59,323 bases of DNA from an uncultured bacterium (GCA_965653495.1 CBFHAJ010000002.1:1-59323), one strand, 5' to 3'. Counted from the stretch's first letter, positions 8,333 through 16,826 are shown. The notes: generated by a model not told the origin, from the letters alone. A program made the numbers and translations.

Positions 8333-9955
8333 CTAGCGGCCCTCCTCCTTGGCGAAGCCCAGTCGCCACGCCAACGGTGCCAGCTGGGCTTTACGCTGCG
8401 GCGGCGCGGCGCGGCGGATCCGGTCAAACGTGGTCTGCACGTCGAACGGGATGGGACTATGGTCCTCGCGCTCGAGGCGCTCGACCAGAGCGGTCACGGC
8501 GCCCAGGGCGCGGGGCGACTGGTCGTGCTCGAGAGCGCTCACGGCCTGCAACAGCTCCCGGCCCGCCGCGGGCCGGGCCGCGCGATCGAGATACAGGTCG
8601 CGACCGTTGCCGGCCGTCGGATCGTTGCTCTCCGCCGCGGCGAGCCGCTCGAGCAGGCCCGCCTCGAGCCGGGGCGCGTCGTCGCCCGCCAGCTCGATGG
8701 CGCGGGCCGCGTACTTGAGGACCTGGACCGACTCGAGCCCGGCGATGTCGTCGAAGAACCAGCCGCACGAGGTGAACATCCGCAGCGCGTTGCGCTCCAA
8801 CTCGAGCAGCTCACCGGCCCTCCCCGAGCGCTCCGTGGGGTTCCCGGGGTGATAGCCGTCGCGCGCCGCCCACGGGTCGGGAAACAACGCCCTGCCGTCG
8901 CGCTCGAACCGCGCGTGCAGCTCTCCCGCGAGCCAGTCGAGCGCCTGGCGCAGCGGCGCGCGCCAGCGCTGCTGGGTCGCGCGCTCGGGCGCCATGCGGC
9001 AACCGCAGTCCGCCCGCCAGCGCTCCACACCGTGGGCGCAGCTCCAGGACGACGGGGCCACGAGATTCACCTCGCGCTCCGCCGGATGGCGCGCAAGAAA
9101 CGCGGCGCAATTTTCGACGCGCACATCAGGGCGACGGAGGGAAGCCAGCTCCTCCAGCACCCAGGCGAGGGTGACTTCGCCGAACCGGTGATGATGGCCG
9201 TACGTCTCCCCGTCGGTCGCGACGACTACGCACCGGCGCGTGCTCCCAGCTTTCCCGGGCTCCGTGAGGCGCTTCACCCACGCCTTGCCGTCCTTTACCA
9301 GCGGCCCGAACGCCACGTCGTGCGAGATCCCGCCGTCGTACACGAACAGCGCGATGGTCCGCCCTCCCGCAGCTCGATACAGACCCGGCGAGCCGTCCGC
9401 AGGCGCGCCGGTCACCTGATGGGGCGCGAGAATGGTGAACCGAATCCCCTCTGCTGCGAGGACGTCGAGCGTCTCAGCGTCGACCGCCGTCTCCGGTAGC
9501 CACATCCCCTCCGGCTCGCGCTTGAGCCGCCGGCGGAAATCCGCGATGCCCCAGCGGACCTCCGTCACCTTGTCGCGCCGCGAGGCGAGCGGCAGGATCG
9601 CGTGGTGATACGGCATCGCGATGGCGTTGCCATGGCCGCCGTGCCGCTCGCAGCTCGCGCGGTCGGCCGCGAGCACCGCCTCGTACGTGGCGGGCGCCGC
9701 GCGCTCGAGCCATTCGAGCAGGGTCGGTCCGAAATCGAAGCTGATCGAGTCGAGTGTGTTGACGATCTTGCCGATGCGGCCATCGGACGCGTAGACGCGG
9801 GCGGCGACCACCGCGCGGTAGCACTCCCGCTCGATCCGCTCGTTCCAATCGTGGAACGGCGCGGCGCCGGCCTCCAACGGCACCTGGCCGAGCCACGGAT
9901 CCTCGCGGGGCGGCTGATAGAAGTGCCCGTGAATGACGACCGACCTGACGGTCAA
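8333..9955 (-). CDS. GH57 family protein with DUF3536-type C-terminal domain
   Basis: MTVRSVVIHGHFYQPPRE, GMWLPETAV and ATDGETYGHHH are present. The TTG start forms a TTGA overlap with the stop of the upstream gene. Confidence 0.85.
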   Translation of the reverse strand: MTVRSVVIHGHFYQPPREDPWLGQVPLEAGAAPFHDWNERIERECYRAVVAARVYASDGRIGKIVNTLDSISFDFGPTLLEWLERAAPATYEAVLAADRASCERHGGHGNAIAMPYHHAILPLASRRDKVTEVRWGIADFRRRLKREPEGMWLPETAVDAETLDVLAAEGIRFTILAPHQVTGAPADGSPGLYRAAGGRTIALFVYDGGISHDVAFGPLVKDGKAWVKRLTEPGKAGSTRRCVVVATDGETYGHHHRFGEVTLAWVLEELASLRRPDVRVENCAAFLARHPAEREVNLVAPSSWSCAHGVERWRADCGCRMAPERATQQRWRAPLRQALDWLAGELHARFERDGRALFPDPWAARDGYHPGNPTERSGRAGELLELERNALRMFTSCGWFFDDIAGLESVQVLKYAARAIELAGDDAPRLEAGLLERLAAAESNDPTAGNGRDLYLDRAARPAAGRELLQAVSALEHDQSPRALGAVTALVERLEREDHSPIPFDVQTTFDRIRRAAPPQRKAQLAPLAWRLGFAKEEGR

Positions 9956-11583
9956 GCCTTCAGCACCTCCGCGACGCTCGCGAGCACGTCGGGGAACAGG
10001 TCGTCACGCCGCGCCAGCTCGTCGGTGAGCTGCTCTACGCTGGACGGCGCCGCCAGGCCCTTGATGAGCCGCTCGGTATCGTCACAGTGCAGCTGGAAGC
10101 GGCGTTCGGCGTAGTCGGGCACGGCCCCGGTCGAGATCATGAACTGCCAGTCGGACGATTGCGCCAGCAGCAGCTCCCGGGCCGCCTGCGCGAGCACCGG
10201 CCGGGTCTCCGGTGAGGCCAGGGCAGCGGGGGCGGCCTTCCAGAACGCGTCCTCGAGGGCCCGCAGGCGCGGCCAGGTCCAGGCGGTCCCCGCGTTGAGC
10301 CACATCGAGTGGTCGCCGTTCACGCCCCAGGACCCTTCCGCCAATCGCAGCGCCACGCCCGCAGGATGGTCCCGCAAGTGCTGCGACGCCGTCGCCGGCC
10401 GGACCCCTGTGTGGTGGCGCAGCTCGCGGTACAGCGCCGCGATGAAGTCGACGCCCTCGAACCACCAATGCCCGAACAGCTCGGTGTCGAACGGCGCGAC
10501 CACGACGTCGCCAGCCCCGGTGTGCTCGGCCGCGATGGCGGCGACCAGGTGCGCGAAATGCCGGGCATGGTCTCCCACCTTGCCCTGCGCCGCGCCGGGA
10601 TCGTATGAGCGTTTGCCGCCGAGGTCCACCTGCGCGCCCGTGACGCGCCACAGCTTCAAGCCGCCCGGCCAGCGGATCTTATGGAACTCGAGGTACCACT
10701 CGTCTCCGGGATAGCCCTGATGGCGGCTCCAGACCTGCATCGACGAGCGCGGATCGCGCACCAGCGCGGCCACGGCGCGCTTGGCGCGGGGCGGCGTGAC
10801 GCGGTACGCCAGGTACGGTGACCGTACGGCTTTCGCCACGACCCTGGCCCGCGCGATCGGCGGGTCGAGATCGAACCGCTCGGCACCGAGCGGTGCGTCG
10901 CCGTAGCTCGCGAGCGGCTCCCCCGCCTTCGCGAGGTGGGCGTCGGTGAAGAAAAACCCGAATCCGGTGGCGCTGAGCTGCTCCTCCACGCCGGGCCGCC
11001 GGCCGGCGCGCGGCCGGTAGGCACATTCGGGCACCCAGCAGCCTACGGGATCGCGACCGAACAGGCGGCGGTGCTCGCTGCGTCCCACCGTGAGCTGCAG
11101 GCGAATGCTCTCATCGCGCGCCAGCAGCGGCAGATAGCCGTGCGTCGCGGCCGAGCCGATGATCTCGAGGCGCCCCGCGTCCTGGAGGCGGCGGAACGCG
11201 GCCAGGATGTCGCAGTCGATCGCGTGAAACAGCGCGCGCAAACGGGCGAACCGTGCTTTCCAGAAGTCCACCAGCGGCAGCAGCGCGGTCTCGCCGGTGG
11301 TAGCGAGCCCCGCCGGTGCCTCCGCGCAGGCCTTTTCGCGCTGGTCGAAGAACGCCTCGAGCTCTTGTGCGAACGCGGGGCTCGCGAGCTGGTTCGCGAG
11401 CACCGGCGTGAAGCCGATCGTCAGCGGGGCAGACACGCCCTCGCCGGCAAGCTCCTGCAGGCGCTCGAGCAGCGGCAGGTAGGTGTCGAGCGCCGCTTCG
11501 CACAACCAGTCGCTGCCGTGGGGCCAGCGGCCATGATGCAGCACATACGGCAGGTGGCTGTGCAGCGTGAGGACGAAATCCAT
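9952..11583 (-). CDS. GH57-type 1,4-alpha-glucan branching enzyme (DUF1957 family)
   Basis: I trimmed the 830-aa track ORF to the ATG at 11583 (MDFVLTLHSHLPYVLHHGRWPHGSDWLCEAALDTYLPLLERL). The Arg-rich upstream part overlaps glgA in another frame. Confidence 0.85.
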   Translation of the reverse strand: MDFVLTLHSHLPYVLHHGRWPHGSDWLCEAALDTYLPLLERLQELAGEGVSAPLTIGFTPVLANQLASPAFAQELEAFFDQREKACAEAPAGLATTGETALLPLVDFWKARFARLRALFHAIDCDILAAFRRLQDAGRLEIIGSAATHGYLPLLARDESIRLQLTVGRSEHRRLFGRDPVGCWVPECAYRPRAGRRPGVEEQLSATGFGFFFTDAHLAKAGEPLASYGDAPLGAERFDLDPPIARARVVAKAVRSPYLAYRVTPPRAKRAVAALVRDPRSSMQVWSRHQGYPGDEWYLEFHKIRWPGGLKLWRVTGAQVDLGGKRSYDPGAAQGKVGDHARHFAHLVAAIAAEHTGAGDVVVAPFDTELFGHWWFEGVDFIAALYRELRHHTGVRPATASQHLRDHPAGVALRLAEGSWGVNGDHSMWLNAGTAWTWPRLRALEDAFWKAAPAALASPETRPVLAQAARELLLAQSSDWQFMISTGAVPDYAERRFQLHCDDTERLIKGLAAPSSVEQLTDELARRDDLFPDVLASVAEVLKA

Positions 11584-11594
11584 TGCTCCGCCGG

Positions 11595-13157
11595 TCAGGC
11601 GGCGACGGGGTGGATGCTCACAGCGCGGCGATAGACCTCGAGATAGCGAAGCGTGGATCCTTCCCACCCGTGGGGCAACGCCATCGCCTGGCGTACGAGG
11701 TGCCGCCACGTGTTGCGATCGGCGTGGCTCTCCAGGGCGCGGCGGATCGCTCCCTGCAGCGCCGCCGGGGCATACTCCTCGAACAGGATCCCCGTTTGAC
11801 CGTCGACGATACTGTCGCGCAGCCCACCCACGGCGCGCGCCACGGGTATCGCGCCATAACGCTGCGCGCGCATCTGGGTCAGCCCGCACGGCTCGTACAG
11901 CGACGGCATCAGCAGCAGGTCGGCCCCGGACAGCAGGCGATGCTCCAGATGATCGGTGAACGCGAACTCGACCGCGATGCGATCGGGGTGCGCGACGGCG
12001 AGCTCGGTGAGCGCCGCGTGGTAGCGGTGCTCCCCCGCGCCGAGGAAAATGAACTGCGCGTCGGTCGAGCCGACCAGATCGGCGCCGAGCACGAGGTCGA
12101 GCCCCTTCTGGGACACCAGCCGGGCGCTCATCCCGAACAGCGGCGTGGCGGCGCGCTGCGGCAGGCCATAGGAGCGCTGCAGCGCCGCCTTGCAGCGCCG
12201 CTTGCCCGAGAGGTCGTCCGCCGAAAAGTTGGCGGTGACGTGGGGATCGGTCTCCGGGTTCCAGGCCTGCGCGTCGATGCCGTTGAGGATGCCGACCAGC
12301 CGGTCGCCCATGCCGATGAACGTGTCGTGGAGGCCGAACCCGCCTTCCGCGGTGCACAGCTCCTGTGCGTGCCGGGGGCTCACGGTGACGGCGCAGTCGG
12401 AGAACGCCAGCCCGCCCTTGAGGGCGTTCATGCGCCCGTACCATTCGAAGTGGTGCGAGTCGTACAGCTGCGGCGACAACCCCAACGCCCCCATCGTGTC
12501 GGGGGAAAAGTGCCCCTGGAATCCCGCGTTGTGCACCGACAGCACGGTCGCCAGCCGATCGTAGAACTCGTCGTCGGCGAACTTGGTCCGCAGGAAGACG
12601 GGCGCCAGCGCGGCGTGCCAGTCGTGCGCGTGCACCACCTGCGTCGCCGGCGCGACGTCCGGGAGGACGGTGAGCGCCGCGGTGCAGAAGAACGCGAAGC
12701 GGGCCGCGTTGTCGCCGTAATCACCGTGGTCGTCGCCGTAGATGCCGGCGCGATCGAAGAAATCCGGGTGCTCGATGAAGAAAACCTGCGGCACTCCCTG
12801 GACGCTCGCGTCCTGGGCGCGGTACAGGAACGCGGTCTCGGTGCGGTCGCCGAACGTCACATTGAACGGCGGGCCGGCACGCTCGATGGTCGGCATGGTC
12901 TCGCGCACCACGCGGTACAGCGGCATGATCACGGCGGTGGGCATGCCGACCGCCGCCTGGCAGGTGGCGAGCCCGCTCACCGCCTCGCCCAGGCCTCCGG
13001 TGCGGGCGTACGGCCAGTATTCGGCGGTGAGGTGCACGACGCCAACCGGCGCGTCGACGCGCGCGGGCGCGCGCGGCGTGGACGTGGCCGCGGTGGGCCG
13101 GGTGCGGATGTCGGTCCGGACTCGGGCTGGCTTGGGTTGGCGAACCGTCGTAGGCAA
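11595..13157 (-). CDS. glgA: Glycogen synthase (GT5)
   Basis: Motifs seen: EYWPYARTGGLGEAV, VVHAHDWHAAL, MPSLYEPCGLTQMRAQRYGAIPV. The only start upstream of the conserved N-terminus is TTG 13157, giving an approximately 40-aa basic extension, so the start is uncertain. Confidence 0.85.
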   Translation of the reverse strand: MPTTVRQPKPARVRTDIRTRPTAATSTPRAPARVDAPVGVVHLTAEYWPYARTGGLGEAVSGLATCQAAVGMPTAVIMPLYRVVRETMPTIERAGPPFNVTFGDRTETAFLYRAQDASVQGVPQVFFIEHPDFFDRAGIYGDDHGDYGDNAARFAFFCTAALTVLPDVAPATQVVHAHDWHAALAPVFLRTKFADDEFYDRLATVLSVHNAGFQGHFSPDTMGALGLSPQLYDSHHFEWYGRMNALKGGLAFSDCAVTVSPRHAQELCTAEGGFGLHDTFIGMGDRLVGILNGIDAQAWNPETDPHVTANFSADDLSGKRRCKAALQRSYGLPQRAATPLFGMSARLVSQKGLDLVLGADLVGSTDAQFIFLGAGEHRYHAALTELAVAHPDRIAVEFAFTDHLEHRLLSGADLLLMPSLYEPCGLTQMRAQRYGAIPVARAVGGLRDSIVDGQTGILFEEYAPAALQGAIRRALESHADRNTWRHLVRQAMALPHGWEGSTLRYLEVYRRAVSIHPVAA

Positions 13158-13167
13158 CTCCCTTCGG

Positions 13168-15333
13168 TCAGGCGGTCGGAGGATCGTCCGGTGGCAGCTG
13201 TCCCGTCATCGCCGGGACGTAGTGCTCGACCACGTACTCCCGGAGCATGCGCCGCGCGGTGAAGTGCTGGCCCGCGACCCGCAGGGCGTGTTTCATTTTC
13301 TCCACCCAGCCGAGCGGGACGTCGCGGGCGTCCCGCGTGTAGAACAGCGGGACCACCTCGTCCTCCAGCAGGCGATACAACTGTTCAGCGTCCGCCGTGT
13401 CGGCCTCGGCTCCCTCAGGGGCACGGGGGGGGGGGACCGCCCAGCCGTTCCGCCCATCGTATCCCTCCGCCCACCATCCGTCCAGAGTGCTCAGCTGTGG
13501 CACGCCGTTCAAGGCCGCCTTCATGCCGCTGGTCCCGGACGCCTCCAGGGGCGGCCGCGGCAAGTTGAGCCAAAGGTCGACCCCCTGCACCAAACTGTGG
13601 CCCAGGTGCATGTCGTAGTCCTCGACGAAGGCGATCCGGCCCTCGAACCGTGCCTCCCGCGTGTGCGCGTAGACGCGCTGCAGCACCTGCTTCCCGGGCT
13701 CGTCCCCCGGATGGGCCTTGCCCGCGAACACGATCTGCACCGGGCGCCACGGGTTGACGAGCAAGCGCTGCAGCCGGTCCGGATCGCGGAACAGCAGGTC
13801 AGCCCGCTTGTAGGTTGCAAACCGCCGGCCGAAGCCGATCGTCAAGGCGTTGTTGTCGAGCAGCGTGCCGGCTCCCACCAGGTGCAGCGCCTCCTTCCAC
13901 TGGTCCGCCCAGCGCCGCCGGGCCTGTTCCCGGATGCTCCGCATCAGATGGGACTTGAGCTCGTTGTGGACCGCCCAGAGGGCGAAGTCGTCCAGCTTGA
14001 GTATCCTGGCCCACACGGCGGGGTCGTCCAGGTGCTGCCACCAGTCGGAGCCGAGATGGGAATCGAGCAGGGCCACGATCCGGTTCGCCATCCACGTCGC
14101 GAGGTGGACGCCGTTGGTGATGTACGTGATCGGGACCCGCGCGGGCTCCCGGTCCGGCCAGAGGGGGGCCCAGATGCGGCGCGACTCGTCGCCGTGGCGG
14201 CGCGACACCGCGTTCACGCGGGACGAGAGCCGGATGGCCGCGACCGACATATGAAACCGGCCGTGGTCGAGCGCCGGATGAGCCCCGAGCCGGAGCAGCT
14301 CGTCCCGGCTTACCCCCATCTCCTGCCACACCGGACCGGCGCAGTGCTCGACTTGATCCGGGGCGAAGGTATCGTGCCCCGCCGGCACCGGTGTGTGTGT
14401 CGTGAAGATGCTGGTCGCACGCACGCGACGCACCGCCTCCGCGAACGGCGTCCCGCCGGTCACGAGCTCACGGACCCGCTCGACCAGCATGAAGGCGGCG
14501 TGTCCTTCGTTTGCGTGCCAGACGGCGGGATCGTACCCCAGGGCACGCAGCACGCGCACTCCGCCGACGCCGAGGATCCACTCCTGGCGCAGCCGAAGAT
14601 CGGGCCCGCCGGCATAGAGCCGGTGGCACAAGTGGCGATCGGCCGGATCATTCTGCTCGTGGTCGGTGTCCAGCAGAAAGATCGGCACGCGGCCCACCAT
14701 GATGCGCCACGCCCCGATGCTCACCGCCCGGCCCGACATCCGCACGCTGGCGAGGCAGCGATCGCCGCGCGGCCCCTGCACTGGCTGCAACGGCGTCGCG
14801 GTCAGGTCGAACTGCTCCTCCGCGTCCTCCTGCCACCCGTCCAGCCGCAGCCGCTGGTCGGCGTATCCCTTGGTGTAGAACAGGCCCACGCCAACCAGCG
14901 GCACACCCAGGTCCGACGCCGTCTTGCAGTGGTCTCCGGCGAGCACGCCGAGGCCGCCTGAGTAGATCGGCACTGAGGCGTGCAGGCCGAACTCCGCGCA
15001 GAAGTAGGCGATCCCCTTGTGCGCGAGCTGCGGATATGTCGTCTCGAACCAGGTATCATGCGCCCTGGCGACCCAGCCGTTCCATTCCATCAGCGCGTCG
15101 TAGCGCTCCAGGAACGCGGCGTCCTGCGCGCAGGCCGCCAGCCGCGCCGGATCCACCCGGCGCAGCAGCTCCATCGGGTTGTGACGGGTGAGATGCCAGA
15201 GTGCCCCGTCCAACATCCGGAACAGCGCCCGGGCATCGCGGCTCCAGCTCCAGGACAGATTGCTCGCGATGGAGGTGAGGCCGGTGATCCGCTGGGGAAC
15301 GGGAGGCTGGCGGTTGGTCTCGGGTTGACTCAT
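13168..15333 (-). CDS. glgP: Alpha-glucan phosphorylase (GT35, with DUF3417-type N-terminus)
   Basis: Motifs seen: LSWSWSRDARALF, YFCAEFGLHASVPIYSGGLGVLAGDH, and EASGTSGMKAALNG carrying the PLP lysine. Confidence 0.9.
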   Translation of the reverse strand: MSQPETNRQPPVPQRITGLTSIASNLSWSWSRDARALFRMLDGALWHLTRHNPMELLRRVDPARLAACAQDAAFLERYDALMEWNGWVARAHDTWFETTYPQLAHKGIAYFCAEFGLHASVPIYSGGLGVLAGDHCKTASDLGVPLVGVGLFYTKGYADQRLRLDGWQEDAEEQFDLTATPLQPVQGPRGDRCLASVRMSGRAVSIGAWRIMVGRVPIFLLDTDHEQNDPADRHLCHRLYAGGPDLRLRQEWILGVGGVRVLRALGYDPAVWHANEGHAAFMLVERVRELVTGGTPFAEAVRRVRATSIFTTHTPVPAGHDTFAPDQVEHCAGPVWQEMGVSRDELLRLGAHPALDHGRFHMSVAAIRLSSRVNAVSRRHGDESRRIWAPLWPDREPARVPITYITNGVHLATWMANRIVALLDSHLGSDWWQHLDDPAVWARILKLDDFALWAVHNELKSHLMRSIREQARRRWADQWKEALHLVGAGTLLDNNALTIGFGRRFATYKRADLLFRDPDRLQRLLVNPWRPVQIVFAGKAHPGDEPGKQVLQRVYAHTREARFEGRIAFVEDYDMHLGHSLVQGVDLWLNLPRPPLEASGTSGMKAALNGVPQLSTLDGWWAEGYDGRNGWAVPPPRAPEGAEADTADAEQLYRLLEDEVVPLFYTRDARDVPLGWVEKMKHALRVAGQHFTARRMLREYVVEHYVPAMTGQLPPDDPPTA

Positions 15334-15375
15334 CCGGCCTGCAAGCTAAGGCCAACCGCGCAGCCGTGGGAAGCG

Positions 15376-15645
15376 TTAGCCGCCGTGGCGCGGCGGTTTC
15401 TCGTACTCGAAGAGATCCGTAGGAGTTACGCGCAGCGCACCGCACAGGCGCTCGATCGTGTCCGCGCGGATGAGCCGGAACCGCCCGCTCGGCCGGGTGA
15501 GCCGGTAGATCGTGTTCAGGCTCAAGCCGGTAAAGCGCGCCAGCCCGTAGGGCGATACGCCGTGAGTTTCCAGCAAGTGGCGCAACTTCAGGCGCACCAC
15601 GCCTCTGCGACGATAGCGAATGGTCTGCCCGCGGTACCGTGCCAT
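15376..15645 (-). CDS. XRE-family helix-turn-helix transcriptional regulator (89 aa)
   Basis: LRHLLETHGVSPYGLARFTGLSLNTIYRL is an HTH_3-like core. The gene is divergent from an AT-rich operator region. Confidence 0.7.
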   Translation of the reverse strand: MARYRGQTIRYRRRGVVRLKLRHLLETHGVSPYGLARFTGLSLNTIYRLTRPSGRFRLIRADTIERLCGALRVTPTDLFEYEKPPRHGG

Positions 15646-15659
15646 GTCACCTCACTGTG

Positions 15660-15735
15660 CACCTTGCGCACTATAACAGTTATATGTACTATAGTAGTCC
15701 TGTTTACTATAACTGCTATACTTATCATATAGCAA
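15660..15735. promoter_or_regulatory. AT-rich divergent promoter/operator region with three ACTATA sites at 18-bp spacing and three palindromes
   Basis: ACTATAAC at 15670, ACTATAGT at 15688 and ACTATAAC at 15706. Palindromes: TATAACAGTTATA (15672-15684), TACTATAGTA (15687-15696) and CTATA-N7-TATAG (15716-15732). GC content is far below that of the flanks. Confidence 0.55.
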
Positions 15736-15782
15736 ACACCGCGCCCTAGGCAAGCCAACTATACGCTGCTGAAGGAGGACGC

Positions 15783-16163
15783 ATGGGACGGAAGCTGGAC
15801 CTGATGGGGCGTAAGGTGACCGAAGTGCTGGAGAAGATGGACATCGGCGAACACGTCGACGTCCAACTCAGTCCGGATGGCGCGGCGAGAGAGCAGCTGA
15901 TCTTCACCGCTCCGGCCGACTGGTCGCCGGACCAGGCAGAGCAGTACATCGACTGGCGCATCCAGCAGGTGGACGGCCAGGTCGCGAAGATGCGCCAACA
16001 GCTGGAAGACCTGACGGCGCTGCGCCGGCGCTGGCTCGCCGTGACCGGCGGGCGCTCGAAGGTGCTCGGGAACGGGAGCGGGAATGGCAGTAGCAACGGC
16101 AGCGCGAACGGCAATGGCAACGGCAACGGCAATGGCAACAGCCACGAGGTAGAGGTCCACTAG
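15783..16163 (+). CDS. Hypothetical protein with a coiled-coil-like centre and an Asn-Gly repeat tail
   Basis: GAAGGAGGA lies 4 nt upstream of the ATG. The 126-aa product ends ...LGNGSGNGSSNGSANGNGNGNGNGNSHEVEVH. I recognised no family. Confidence 0.5.
   Translation: MGRKLDLMGRKVTEVLEKMDIGEHVDVQLSPDGAAREQLIFTAPADWSPDQAEQYIDWRIQQVDGQVAKMRQQLEDLTALRRRWLAVTGGRSKVLGNGSGNGSSNGSANGNGNGNGNGNSHEVEVH
16068..16139 (+). repeat. Imperfect hexanucleotide (AAYGGC)n microsatellite encoding (N-G/S)n
   Basis: The repeat reads gggaacgggagcgggaatggcagtagcaacggcagcgcgaacggcaatggcaacggcaacggcaatggcaac, inside the CDS at 15783-16163. Confidence 0.6.
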
Positions 16164-16187
16164 CGCTCCTCGAACCGGTCGTGCGGC

Positions 16188-16208
16188 GGGGGCGGGGGCG
16201 GGGGGGGG
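16188..16208 (+). other. G5-C-G5-C-G9 tract (G-quadruplex-capable) between convergent genes
   Basis: It reads GGGGGCGGGGGCGGGGGGGGG, immediately before the stop codon (16209-16211) of the minus-strand gene. Confidence 0.4.
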
Positions 16209-16826
16209 TCAGCCGTGCGGGGCTGGCCCCTCTTTTATTGCGGCGAAATCTTCGGGCGTATCGACGTCCGCCAGCAACGATTCGGGACGGTCCACGAACA
16301 TCGCTTCGCCCCGGTGCGCCTGCACCACCGCCTTCCCGCACCCCTCCCCGGTCCACGCCAGCAGCTCGGCAAACAACGCCCGCCGAAACAGCAGCGGGGG
16401 AGCGGTGACGTCGCCGTAGCGCGACACGACCAGCGGCGCGTCGGCGCCGCGCGCCGCGGCCACCAGCATACGCAGTGAGTCCGCGGTCACCCGCACCATG
16501 TCGCCGAGCATGACGACGGCCGCGCCGACGTCCGAGCCGAGCAGCTCCAGCCCGCAGTGCAGTGAGCCGCTGGTGGGGCCCGTGAAGTTCGGATTGACCG
16601 CGAAGAGTACCGGCAGCCCCGCGAGCTCGGCGCGCAGGCGATCGGGCTCATGACCGATCACCACGACCACCGGCGACAACCCCGCTGCGAGGGCGCGCGT
16701 CGCGGCACGGCGGATCAGCGACTCGCCATCGAGGGTGAGCAGCAGCTTGTTGCGGCCCATGCGGCGGGACTCGCCGGCGGCGAGGATGACGGCCGCGACG
16801 TGCGCGACGTCAGTCAGGGGAGGCAT
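16209..16826 (-). CDS. MocA-like nucleotidyltransferase (molybdenum cofactor cytidylyltransferase family)
   Basis: AAVILAAGESRRMGRNKLLL is the N-terminal signature. The 205-aa ORF overlaps the XdhC gene by 17 nt. Confidence 0.75.
   Translation of the reverse strand: MPPLTDVAHVAAVILAAGESRRMGRNKLLLTLDGESLIRRAATRALAAGLSPVVVVIGHEPDRLRAELAGLPVLFAVNPNFTGPTSGSLHCGLELLGSDVGAAVVMLGDMVRVTADSLRMLVAAARGADAPLVVSRYGDVTAPPLLFRRALFAELLAWTGEGCGKAVVQAHRGEAMFVDRPESLLADVDTPEDFAAIKEGPAPHG

Noticed and set aside
8333-8335. TAG between the two GH57 genes as pyrrolysine or programmed readthrough
   Set aside because: The window has no pyl genes or PYLIS-like context, and the two proteins are separate genes in the organisms I recall. 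The strong SD placed 8 nt before the CTG argues for independent (re)initiation. This is kept only as an alternative in the finding.
11584-12444. N-terminal 287-aa extension of track ORF 9952..12444
   Set aside because: The extension overlaps glgA in another frame and is Arg-rich. The GH57 branching-enzyme homology starts exactly at the Met at 11583.
12742-14961. 739-aa plus-strand ORF
   Set aside because: It is antisense to glgA/glgP, which have unambiguous family motifs. The product is Arg/Pro/Gly-rich with no recognisable domain, which is the typical shadow ORF of GC-rich DNA.
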